64,000 bases of DNA. Origin: Dehalococcoidia bacterium. GTDB lineage: Bacteria; Chloroflexota; Dehalococcoidia; Lucifugimonadales; UBA2962. Positions within the stretch are counted from its first letter, which is position 1, and each line of letters begins with the position of its first letter. Shown one piece after another: positions 1-10,124 of this stretch. The position numbers and the translations under genes were made by a program. The stretch is from contig OZ220697.1 of NCBI GenBank assembly GCA_965116605.1, positions 81,427-145,426 on the forward strand, given 5' to 3'. The notes under the pieces are model-generated. The model was not told the origin of the DNA. It did not search any database and was given only the letters and a program-made list of their open reading frames with translations.

Positions 1-634
1 TGCCAGCACGAGCCTGGGCGGAGTCGTGTATGCCTCGATGAAGTACTCGGACCCGTCGTCTGCCACCACGTACTCGTTCCGGCCGTGGATCATCAGCGAC
101 CTGGCGCGGTCCAGCGCGTCCCGGTCGAGCAGGTCGGAGCCAAGGGTGCCCTGAGTGGAGCCGTCCTGGCGGATGAAGAGCTTACGGCCCGTACCGGTCC
201 CGGACATCACAGGGCCGTCCTCGGTCCCGGCCGGCTTTGTCAGAGAGGCCAGGGCCACCGATCCCTTCCCGTCGTAGGCGTCGGCGATCTCCTCGGTGTA
301 GGAGAGAAGTTCCTGCGGCTGGTATACGGGGTCGATGAGGAAGTACATGGTCCCGCCGCACACGAGTCCGTCCTCTGCGGCCAGATCCTCGTTGAGCTGG
401 TACTCGCGGCACTGGGCGGGCCCGCCCCTGCCGAGCAGTTCTTTCGCGGCGAACCAGATGTCTCCCTCCACGCAGCCGCCACCCAGGGTGCCGACCCCCG
501 AGCCGTCTTCGCGGACGAGCAGCTTGGCACCCGGCTTCTGGGGCGTCGAGCCCTTGGTCCTCACCACGGTCGCCACGACCGCCCTGTGTCCTCCCGACAG
601 CTGTGTTCTGGCTTCCTGGAATACCTCTCTCATG
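1..634 (-). CDS. XdhC/CoxI-family accessory protein, 5' part (3' end beyond window edge)
   Basis: Absent from the ORF track because no stop lies in the window. My minus-strand translation from ATG at 634 gives MREVFQEARTQLSGGHRAVVATVVRTKGSTPQKPGAKLLVREDGSGVGTLGGGCVEGD..., the canonical XdhC N-terminal pattern. The plus ORF 85..663 is Arg/Pro/Gly-rich antisense noise. Confidence 0.8.
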
Positions 635-704
635 GTCTTAGGGTAACAATTTATCGAGCCTAAGGCACTGGGCCGGGCTGGGACGGTATGGCTGCTCGCA
701 GGGC

Positions 705-2015
705 CTACAGCCTAAGACTGGTCTCAAGGCGCCGCCTGCCCCGGCATGGTCCAACCACGGCCATGCTGAGGCCGTCTGAAACAAAGAGGGCGGCGGCGGT
801 GCGGTCCACGTCGTCGCAGGTGAGAGCTGCCAGCCTTTCCATTACTCCGTCTATGCCTACGATCCGTCCCATCAGCATCTCCTGCAGGCCGAACCAGGAG
901 GAGACCGCACGGGTGTCTTCCATGCCCAGCATCAGGCGGCCAGAAGCGAGGCGACGGACCTTGTCGAATTCCGACTCGGGTATGCCGTCGCGCATGGATG
1001 CGACCTCGGCCAGTATGGTATCGACAGTCTCGTATATGCGGCGCGGCTCGGCGCCGGCGCTGATCTGGAAGGATCCGCAGTCGCGGAAGTGGGTTACGGA
1101 GGAGTGCACGTCGTAGGCGAGGCCGCGCCGCTCGCGCACTTCCAGGAATAGCCGGCTGCTCATTCCCTCGCCGAGCGCGACGCTCAGCATGTCCAGGGCG
1201 TAGCGGTCCGGGTGAAACAGGGAGAGGCCCGGCAGCCCTATCGACAGGTGGGCCTGCTCGGTGCGCCGGTAGTCCATGCTCACAACGGGTTGACGGGGAG
1301 TGCCCTCGTAGGTGGCGTACTCGGCTGCGGGCCCGGCGCGCCATCCGGCGCTTGCGCGCTCGACCTGGGCGACGACGGGATCGTGTTCCACTGCGCCGGC
1401 GACGCTCACCACCACGTTGGAGGGGGTGTAATAGCGCTCCAGATGTCCGAAGAGGGTCTCGCGACTGAGTGAAGAGACGGTCTCGCCGGTTCCGGCTATG
1501 TCCCTGCCCAGAGGGTGATCCGGCCAGAGCATCCCCTCCAGCAGGGACTGGACCTTGTAATCCGGGTGATCGTGGATCATGGCCAGTTCGTCCAGGACGA
1601 CCGAGCGCTCACGTTCGACCTCTTCGGCCGGCAGCAGAGGGTTCCGCACCAGGTCCATGAGCAGGTCGAGACTGTCAGGCAGGTAGGGCTGGGGCACCTT
1701 GCACCAGTAGACGGTGAACTCCTGCTCGGTCTCGGCGTTCAGCACCCCGCCCACACCCTCCACCGCCCCGCTGATCATCTCGGGCTCCGGCCGGGACCCG
1801 GTGCCCTTGAACAGCAGGTGCTCAAGGAAGTGGGAGGCCCCCGCCTGCCCGTCGGGCTCGTGCCTTGAGCCTACGCCCACGAATATGCTGATGCTCACCG
1901 ACCGGGTGTGGGGCATCTCGCCGGTTATGACGCGCAGGCCGTTGTCCAGCGTCGTCTTGCGGTGGATCGGTCCCGACGGAAATTCGGTGGCAGGGGAGGT
2001 GGAGCCCGCTTGCAT
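705..2015 (-). CDS. M16 (pitrilysin/insulinase) family zinc peptidase
   Basis: HFLEHLLFKG contains the inverted HxxEH zinc motif, with TLDNGLRVI near the N-terminus. ATG at 2015 (MQAGSTSP...) is preferred; the ORF-track maximal start is 2129. Confidence 0.85.
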   Translation of the reverse strand: MQAGSTSPATEFPSGPIHRKTTLDNGLRVITGEMPHTRSVSISIFVGVGSRHEPDGQAGASHFLEHLLFKGTGSRPEPEMISGAVEGVGGVLNAETEQEFTVYWCKVPQPYLPDSLDLLMDLVRNPLLPAEEVERERSVVLDELAMIHDHPDYKVQSLLEGMLWPDHPLGRDIAGTGETVSSLSRETLFGHLERYYTPSNVVVSVAGAVEHDPVVAQVERASAGWRAGPAAEYATYEGTPRQPVVSMDYRRTEQAHLSIGLPGLSLFHPDRYALDMLSVALGEGMSSRLFLEVRERRGLAYDVHSSVTHFRDCGSFQISAGAEPRRIYETVDTILAEVASMRDGIPESEFDKVRRLASGRLMLGMEDTRAVSSWFGLQEMLMGRIVGIDGVMERLAALTCDDVDRTAAALFVSDGLSMAVVGPCRGRRRLETSLRL

Positions 2016-2235
2016 CTGGCGAATTCTAGCACCGCCCCCGGCACCGATCGGACCTGCGCGCGGAGTATCTACGCTGGTCCGGCCCGGGGTGAGCCCGAAG
2101 TCGCCGTTTCCCGGTAAGAGCCAGACCATTTCATTTGACCGGTGTTATCGCCGACAATGGGAATTGAGTTGCGACCGAAGCGGCCGGGTTTGTCCCCGGG
2201 CCGGGCCGGTCGCCGTTTCAGGTGGGTAGCCAAGG

Positions 2236-2844
2236 ATGCTAAGGAAGATCGGAAGGATCAATCGGACCAGGGAGCCGGATGACGGCGTGCCCCCGGGCCA
2301 GTTCACGACAGCGAAGTTCCCTGTTCTTACCTTTGGAAGAACGCCTGTTGTGGACGTCAACGAGTGGAGGATGCGCGTCTTCGGCATGGTCGAGTCCGAG
2401 AGGGCCTTTGACTGGGACGAGTTTCTCGACCTCGGCCGCGTTGCGATCGACGCCGAGTTCCACTGCGTTACCCAGTGGAGCCGGCTTGTGAACACGTGGG
2501 AGGGCGTGCCCATCGGGGCTGTGCTCGATGCCGCAAGGCCTCTCCCTGAGGCCAGGTACGTGATGGTCCACAGCTACGGCGGCTACTCGACCAACCTGGC
2601 GCTCGATGTGCTGAATGATGACGATGTCCTGTTCGCATATCGCCATGACGGCGCCGACCTGGCCCGCGATCACGGCGGACCGCTGAGGCTGGTGGTCCCC
2701 AAGCGTTACGGCTGGAAAAGCGCCAAGTGGGTCAGCGGCCTGGAGTTCCTGGCCGACGACGCGCCCGGGTTCTGGGAGATCAGGGGTTACCACATGGAGG
2801 GCGACCCCTGGAAGGAGCAGCGGTTCCGGGAGGACCTGTGGTGA
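2236..2844 (+). CDS. Molybdopterin-binding oxidoreductase, sulfite-oxidase fold (YedY/MsrP-like catalytic domain)
   Basis: FHCVTQWS and LRLVVPKRYGWKSAKWV motifs are typical of the SUOX-fold Mo domain; 202 aa. Confidence 0.75.
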   Translation: MLRKIGRINRTREPDDGVPPGQFTTAKFPVLTFGRTPVVDVNEWRMRVFGMVESERAFDWDEFLDLGRVAIDAEFHCVTQWSRLVNTWEGVPIGAVLDAARPLPEARYVMVHSYGGYSTNLALDVLNDDDVLFAYRHDGADLARDHGGPLRLVVPKRYGWKSAKWVSGLEFLADDAPGFWEIRGYHMEGDPWKEQRFREDLW

Positions 2845-2879
2845 AAAAAGAGAGGCCCGCTCAATGAGCGGGCCTCTCT
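2844..2879 (-). terminator. Rho-independent terminator of the small zinc-ribbon gene
   Basis: Perfect 14-bp inverted repeat agagaggcccgctc / gagcgggcctctct (2849-2862 / 2866-2879). On the minus strand it is followed by a T6 run (A-run 2844-2849 on plus). Confidence 0.75.
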
Positions 2880-2901
2880 GCGAAAGCTCCTACTCGGGCG
2901 T

Positions 2902-3075
2902 TTAAGCGGCCGCGGGCTTCTTGGTGCCTTTCTTCAGGCGGGTGCCTGCCGTGGTGGCTGTGCCGTTGTAATCCATGTAGCCGCACTGAAGGCACTCGAC
3001 GTACGGTCCATAGACGTCCCGGTTCGAGTTCATGTCGCCCCTGCACCTGGGACAGTTCTTTAGCGAAAGCATCAT
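2902..3075 (-). CDS. Small zinc-ribbon protein (57 aa), function unknown
   Basis: ATGATG at 3075 preceded by AAGGAGGA. Product is MMLSLKNCPRCRGDMNSNRDVYGPYVECLQCGYMDYNGTATTAGTRLKKGTKKPAAA (CPRC...CLQC four-Cys ribbon, basic tail). The ORF-track version (to 3261) carries an implausible N-terminal extension. Own terminator downstream. Confidence 0.6.
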   Translation of the reverse strand: MMLSLKNCPRCRGDMNSNRDVYGPYVECLQCGYMDYNGTATTAGTRLKKGTKKPAAA

Positions 3076-3334
3076 ACTCTCCTCCTTATCCTCCATTCCT
3101 CCGTCCGTCCGGCGCGATTGCCGGAGGGACATTCTGAAGCGCCCCGAGTATTTTGTTAACCGATTTGCCTTGATATTGATTATGCATATTTTTGATATAT
3201 GACTGAGTTGCTCGGCCCGTTTGTCCTTGAGTCGGCCGCTGTCCAAATAACTACTACGCACCGGGCCCGCGGTCGGATTGGAACTCTTTCATCAACCGTG
3301 CAAATCATCACAATCGCGATTTCGAATTATATAT

Positions 3335-3355
3335 ATTGACACGTAGCGTATCAAG
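3335..3355 (+). promoter_or_regulatory. HAIR-like imperfect inverted repeat (candidate HspR operator)
   Basis: ATTGACA-cgtagcg-TATCAAG has the 7-N7-7 geometry of the HspR-associated inverted repeat CTTGAGT-N7-ACTCAAG, matching 4/7 and 5/7 positions. It overlaps the -35 box and spacer of the hspR promoter. Confidence 0.3.
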
Positions 3356-3365
3356 TTACTATACT
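3336..3365 (+). promoter_or_regulatory. Sigma-70-type promoter of hspR-grpE-dnaK
   Basis: TTGACA (3336-3341), 18-nt spacer, TATACT (3360-3365), in an AT-rich divergent intergenic region. Confidence 0.5.
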
Positions 3366-3465
3366 CTTTCGGTAGATTCACTGGCCCTACCGGCGACATC
3401 TATAACGGCGCCAATCGGCGCAGGTTAGGTCTCCGGGAGGGTGCCGACGGAGGCTGAGGAGCCCG

Positions 3466-3843
3466 GTGAGAGGTCCGACCGATTACCATACAGGCAGCGA
3501 CGGCGTGTACATCATCAGCGTCGCTGCACGCATCGTTGAGATGCATCCCCAGACCCTGCGCAAGTACGAGCGGATCGGCCTGGTGTCCCCGTTCCGGACC
3601 GGCGGGATGCTCAGGCTCTACTCCGAGGAGGATCTGGCACGCCTGCGACTGATCAAGCACCTGGTGGGTGACCTGGGTCTCAACCTGTCCGGGGTCGAAC
3701 TGGTGCTGGTGATCTTTAACAGGCTGCTCAAGCTGCGGGTCGAGGCCGAGGTCGCGGGGACACGCGGAAGGGTCGAACTCAAGCGCGTTGTCGACGAGAG
3801 CCTCGGGGAGATGTTTCAGATGCTCGGGGTAGGTACCAGGTAG
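3466..3843 (+). CDS. hspR: MerR-family heat-shock regulator (HspR-like)
   Basis: MerR HTH YIISVAARIVEMHPQTLRKYERIGLVSP...LYSEEDLARLRLIKHL. GTG start preceded by AGGAG. First gene of the grpE-dnaK operon. Confidence 0.8.
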   Translation: MRGPTDYHTGSDGVYIISVAARIVEMHPQTLRKYERIGLVSPFRTGGMLRLYSEEDLARLRLIKHLVGDLGLNLSGVELVLVIFNRLLKLRVEAEVAGTRGRVELKRVVDESLGEMFQMLGVGTR

Positions 3844-3871
3844 CCCGGACACGCGAGCGGAGCGTCACGTT

Positions 3872-4423
3872 ATGAACGAACAGGAACGGCAGCCAGAAGA
3901 CGGCGTGCACGAATCGGCCGGAGAACAGGATTGCACGGGGACCGAGCAGGTCGATACCTCGGTCCTCGATGAGGCCCTCAGGGAGAAGGACCAGTTCAGG
4001 TCACTCGCCCAGCGGGCGCAGGCCGATCTTGAGAACTACAAGAGGAGGGCCGCCGATGAGCGGGAGGAGATCAGGAGGTTCGGCCAGTCCCAGGTGATCC
4101 TGAAGGTCCTGGCCGTTGCCGACGATTTCGGGCGCGCTCTGGAGATGATCCCGGAGGATGCGGTGGCACCCGGCTGGCGAGAGGGCCTGGACCTTGTACG
4201 GCGCGGCATCGACCACCTGCTCGAGACCGAGGGCGTCACGCCCATAGAGGCCCGCGGCAAGCCCTTTGAGCCGGCCGAGCACGAGGCGGTCTTCTTCGAG
4301 GAGACCAGCGAGTTCGAGCCGGGTCGGGTGATGTCGGTCATAAGGAATGGATACAGACACAACGGCCGGGTGCTCCGTGCCGCCCAGGTGACGGTATCAA
4401 AGTCGCCTGAGGCCGCCGGGTAG
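3872..4423 (+). CDS. grpE: Nucleotide exchange factor GrpE
   Basis: Coiled-coil N-terminal half plus GrpE C-terminal beta-domain (...HEAVFFEE...VIRNGYRHNGRVLRAAQVTVS), adjacent to dnaK. Confidence 0.9.
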   Translation: MNEQERQPEDGVHESAGEQDCTGTEQVDTSVLDEALREKDQFRSLAQRAQADLENYKRRAADEREEIRRFGQSQVILKVLAVADDFGRALEMIPEDAVAPGWREGLDLVRRGIDHLLETEGVTPIEARGKPFEPAEHEAVFFEETSEFEPGRVMSVIRNGYRHNGRVLRAAQVTVSKSPEAAG

Positions 4424-4508
4424 CCGCGCTCCAGCCCAAGAAAGCAAGGCGGATTTCGAGCGCAAGGCGGCGTCTCGATGAGAACAATTCACAGGAGCAT
4501 ATAGCGAA

Positions 4509-6410
<1,902 letters not shown>

Positions 6411-6426
6411 CCGACCGGGCGGAGGC

Positions 6427-8091
6427 CTAGTACTGCTTGGTGTCCAGCACCCACCGCGTCAGCGGGCTGGGAGAGGGGTTCGTGCGCACGTTGACGACCG
6501 ACGGCAGGTCGGAATCCAGGGCGCGCCTGAGCGCTGGACCGACCCCGCTGGCCTCCTCGACGTACTCCCCGCGGGCCCCCAGCGCCTCGGCCACCAGGTC
6601 GTAGCGGGTTCCAGGACTTAGCTCGGTGGCGATCGAGCGGCCGAAGAACTTTACCTGCTGGTGGTAGTCGATTCCCCAGACCGAGTCGTTGCCCACCACG
6701 ATGACGACGGGGATGCGGTGGCGGACGGCGGTGTCGAGCTCAAAACCATTGAACCCGAACGAGCCGTCGCCGGCCATCACCACGACCCTCGAGTCGGGCA
6801 GGGCCGCCTGGGCGCCTATGCCGAAGGGTATCGCCCATCCGAGCATTCCCATCACGCCGTTGGTGAACCAGCGGTCCTTCCTCTGCGCGGGAAGGTATGC
6901 GGCCCCGTAGAAGCCGACGTCCGCCCCCTCGAATACCACCGCCGAGTCCTCGTCCAGAAGAGGCTCTATTGAGGTGTGGATCTTCATCGTGTGTATCCCG
7001 GGGCCGTCGCCGGCTAGAGCTGCCAGTTCACCCCGCTGTCGGATAACGCAATCGCGCAGCTCGGCCACCATGCCTCCCTCGCTCCAGCTGCGGCCCTCGG
7101 CGGCGGCGGCAAGCTGGGCGACCACCGCCCGCGGGTCGGCCGCGATCCCGATGTCGGCGCCGCGCGTGCGGCCTATCACCGAAGGTTCCGGGTCGACCTG
7201 GACTATCGAGGCGTTTGCCGCGAGGCCGGGGGGCTCACCGAACTCCAGGGTAAAGTCGAGCTTTTTCCCCAGCAGCAATACGGCGTCGGCCGTCCCCACG
7301 AGCTTGGCCGCCTCGACGACGCGCGGGTCGGCGATCCCGAAACAGTATGGATGATCGTCCGCTATCACCCCCCGCGCCGCCTCCTCGGTCAGCACGGGAA
7401 TACGGGTCACCTCGGCCAGCCTGTCCAGCTCGCCCTGGCCGATGGTCCAGGCGCCGTTGCCGGCGACGATGATCGGACGGCTCGCCGCGCCCAGCAGGTC
7501 GAGTGCCGCCTCTATGTCCTTTGGATCGGCGACGGACCCGGCCGGCGGTCCGTTGAGCGACGGGGGGTGAGCCCGCACGGTCGACTCGTCGATCGCGGCG
7601 GTCTGCACGTCCACGGGTATAGTCAGATGCACCGGTCCCCGCCTGCCCGACAGGGCCGTCCGGAATGCACGGGAGACCAGCTCGGGAATGCGAAGGGGAT
7701 CCCAGACCATGATCGAAGACTTGGTGACCGGGGCCGCCATTCCGATCTGATCAATCTCCTGGGCGGCCCACTGGCCCAGGCGGGGGCGCCCCGCGCTCCC
7801 GGATATGTTCACCAGGGGCGATTCGAGCTGGTGCGCGAAGGCCAGACCGGGTATGGCGTTTGCGTGGCCCGGGGTCGTGAACATCGAGACCCCCGCGCCG
7901 CGTATCCGCCCCCAGGCATTGGCCATGTCGACCGCTCCCTGCTCGTGCCTTGCGTCTATGAAGCGGAACCCGTCCCCCGCCATGCGGTCCATGAGAGGCA
8001 GCGTGTGGTCGCCGGCGATGGCGAAGACGGTGTCAATGCCCCACTCCGACAGCGACCTCGATATCAGCTGCGCGCCGGTTACCTTTGCCAT
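6427..8091 (-). CDS. Thiamine-pyrophosphate-dependent enzyme (acetolactate synthase large-subunit/benzoylformate decarboxylase-like)
   Basis: N-terminal TPP-pyrimidine domain (VFAIAGDHTLPLMD...RHEQGA) and C-terminal GDGSFGFN...N TPP-binding motif; 554 aa. Substrate not assignable. Confidence 0.8.
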   Translation of the reverse strand: MAKVTGAQLISRSLSEWGIDTVFAIAGDHTLPLMDRMAGDGFRFIDARHEQGAVDMANAWGRIRGAGVSMFTTPGHANAIPGLAFAHQLESPLVNISGSAGRPRLGQWAAQEIDQIGMAAPVTKSSIMVWDPLRIPELVSRAFRTALSGRRGPVHLTIPVDVQTAAIDESTVRAHPPSLNGPPAGSVADPKDIEAALDLLGAASRPIIVAGNGAWTIGQGELDRLAEVTRIPVLTEEAARGVIADDHPYCFGIADPRVVEAAKLVGTADAVLLLGKKLDFTLEFGEPPGLAANASIVQVDPEPSVIGRTRGADIGIAADPRAVVAQLAAAAEGRSWSEGGMVAELRDCVIRQRGELAALAGDGPGIHTMKIHTSIEPLLDEDSAVVFEGADVGFYGAAYLPAQRKDRWFTNGVMGMLGWAIPFGIGAQAALPDSRVVVMAGDGSFGFNGFELDTAVRHRIPVVIVVGNDSVWGIDYHQQVKFFGRSIATELSPGTRYDLVAEALGARGEYVEEASGVGPALRRALDSDLPSVVNVRTNPSPSPLTRWVLDTKQY

Positions 8092-8159
8092 GTCTCACCC
8101 CCGGACACGTGGATACCCGCTATGTTGACACAACGTCGCCGCGGGCGGCGGGCATCGCC

Positions 8160-9293
8160 CTAGGCCGACCTGATGCCGTGCATCGGGAAGATCAGCGAAT
8201 GCACGGCCTGTACCCCGGACTCGCCGTAGCTGCGCGCCTGACGCCGCATGTCGTCGCCTATGGGAAGGTCGTCGGGGTCGAGCATCGAGCGGACCGCGTA
8301 GCGCTCGGCGTACGGCGCGGGGATGGTCGCGGGTAGCTCCTGGCCGGACATTATGGCGAAGGCCTGCGCCCAGCAGCGGGCCACGGCCTGCAGGTCGTAG
8401 CCGCCGCCGCCCAGGGCGAGCCAGCGATACGGCATCTCTGAGAAGGTTCGCAGCACATCGGAGAACCCCTGAACGGTCTGGGCCAGATGCGTGATCGGGT
8501 CCCTGAAGTGAGTGTCTATGCCCAGCTGGGTGACCAGCACGTCCGGGGCGAACCTCTCAAGCAGGGGCGGCACCACCTGCTCAAAGCACCACAGGTATGT
8601 GTCGGGGGTCGTGTACGGAAACAGGGGCAGGTTGACCGAATAGCCGCGGCCGACGCCCGCCCCGGTCTCCTGGGCCCAGCCCGTCCCCGGGAACAGGTAC
8701 GCGCCGGACTCGTGGAGCGAGATCGTCAGCACGCGGTCGGTGTCGTAAAAGGCGTTCTGAACGCCGTCGCCGTGGTGGCAGTCGATGTCGACATAGGCCA
8801 CGCGCATCCCCCTTGCCACCATCGCCTTGATGGCGACGACCGGGTCGTTGAACACGCAGAACCCGTACGCGTAGCCGGGCATGGCGTGGTGCAGGCCGCC
8901 GGAGATGTTGATCGCGGCATCGACCCGCTCTTCGATGAGCAGCTCCGCGGCGACCATCGAGGCGCCCGTCGAAAGGGCGGCCGCCTCATAGACTCCCTCG
9001 TAGGCCGGGTTGTCCCCGGGTCCGAAGTTGTATAGGTGAGCGCGCGCCGGCACCTGCCCACGCCCGTAGCTCTTGACCGCCTCTATGTACTCGGGGGTGT
9101 GATAGCTGCCTATCTCCTCGTCGGTGGCTGGTCGTGGCTCCACGAGCACTGCGGCTTCCGGCTCAAAGGCGCGGTACGCGCTCAGTAGCTCGTAGGTGTA
9201 GCGCAGCCGCACCGGTTTCATCGGGTGCTCGTCCGATAGAACGTGCCTTGTCAGCGCGTCGGAATAGACGAAGGCCGCCCGGCGAGACGACAT
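8160..9293 (-). CDS. Histone-deacetylase-family amidohydrolase (AcuC/acetylpolyamine amidohydrolase-like)
   Basis: GGLHHAMP and DIDCHHGDGVQNAFY catalytic/zinc motifs. Confidence 0.85.
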   Translation of the reverse strand: MSSRRAAFVYSDALTRHVLSDEHPMKPVRLRYTYELLSAYRAFEPEAAVLVEPRPATDEEIGSYHTPEYIEAVKSYGRGQVPARAHLYNFGPGDNPAYEGVYEAAALSTGASMVAAELLIEERVDAAINISGGLHHAMPGYAYGFCVFNDPVVAIKAMVARGMRVAYVDIDCHHGDGVQNAFYDTDRVLTISLHESGAYLFPGTGWAQETGAGVGRGYSVNLPLFPYTTPDTYLWCFEQVVPPLLERFAPDVLVTQLGIDTHFRDPITHLAQTVQGFSDVLRTFSEMPYRWLALGGGGYDLQAVARCWAQAFAIMSGQELPATIPAPYAERYAVRSMLDPDDLPIGDDMRRQARSYGESGVQAVHSLIFPMHGIRSA

Positions 9294-9297
9294 CGAT

Positions 9298-10065
9298 CTA
9301 CGCTCCCACCGGCCGGATCTTCAGCGTCTCGCCGGCGTTGGCAACCATGACCTCGGTGCCCAGGCCGGCGGCCATGGAGGCGATCTCCCTGCGCACGGCC
9401 GCCTCCCAGGGAGGGTTCATGTGGGTGACGATGACCCTGGGCAGGTATCCTCGCGCCTGTCGAAACTCCGTGAGCTCTGCCTCAAGGAGCCCGGGGGTCA
9501 GATGGCCCAGCCTGACGGCCGCCTCCTGGTTGTCGTTGCCGTAGGTGACCTCGGTGAGCAGGGCGTCGGTCTCGACCTGCCTCCAGACGCCCCTGAGCCC
9601 CGGGCCGGTATCGCCGGTGTAGAACAGGCGAGCCGAGCCGTCCGAGACCCAGTAGCCGGCACACGGCACGCTGTGGCGCATCCTGAAGGCCCGAACGCTG
9701 TGCCTGCCTACGGGAAAGGTCTCCCCCTCGCTGACCGGTCGCGGCGTGGGGCCGTCTCCGGTTGCCCCGGCCCTCCCGGCGCCCGGGAGGTATCGGTCGG
9801 CGATGGACTCCAGAGTCTCGGCGAGCCCGTAGACGTCGAACGAGGCGCCCGCGGCCCCAAGGCTGTGCCTTAGGGCGGGCAGGTCGCGCACGTGATCGTT
9901 GTGTTCGTGGGTGATCAGTACGGCGCCTATCCGGCGCTGTTCTTCGAAGGTGAGGGAGCGCGAGATCGAGCCTGCGTCCAGGGCGAGCACGTCGTCGATC
10001 AGGTAGCCCGCCAGGCGGGTTGCCTCGCTCTCCATGTTGTGGACGCCCAGGACGCGCAGCTTCAT
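9298..10065 (-). CDS. MBL-fold metallo-hydrolase
   Basis: ITHEHNDHVRDL (HxHxDH) motif. Start at MKLRVLGV (10065) preferred; the ORF-track maximum is 10101. Confidence 0.75.
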   Translation of the reverse strand: MKLRVLGVHNMESEATRLAGYLIDDVLALDAGSISRSLTFEEQRRIGAVLITHEHNDHVRDLPALRHSLGAAGASFDVYGLAETLESIADRYLPGAGRAGATGDGPTPRPVSEGETFPVGRHSVRAFRMRHSVPCAGYWVSDGSARLFYTGDTGPGLRGVWRQVETDALLTEVTYGNDNQEAAVRLGHLTPGLLEAELTEFRQARGYLPRVIVTHMNPPWEAAVRREIASMAAGLGTEVMVANAGETLKIRPVGA

Positions 10066-10124
10066 CCGCGCCATTCTAGGCTCGGAGGGTGGCCGCCACA
10101 ATCGGGCGGCGGGCCCCCGGGGCT

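Noticed and set aside
85-663. 192-aa plus-strand ORF at the left edge.
   Set aside because: The opposite strand translates into a clean XdhC-family N-terminus starting at ATG 634. The plus-strand product is low-complexity Arg/Gly/Pro-rich.
3201-3246. Perfect CTTGAGT HAIR half-site (3226-3232) as a full HspR operator.
   Set aside because: The required partner ACTCAAG seven nt downstream is absent (tgtccaa, 3/7 matches). Only half-sites in direct orientation are present, so it is mentioned as context only.
8092-8159. TTGACA hexamer in the gap between the TPP-enzyme gene and the HDAC-like gene.
   Set aside because: It is on the plus strand while both flanking genes are on the minus strand, so no downstream gene could use it.
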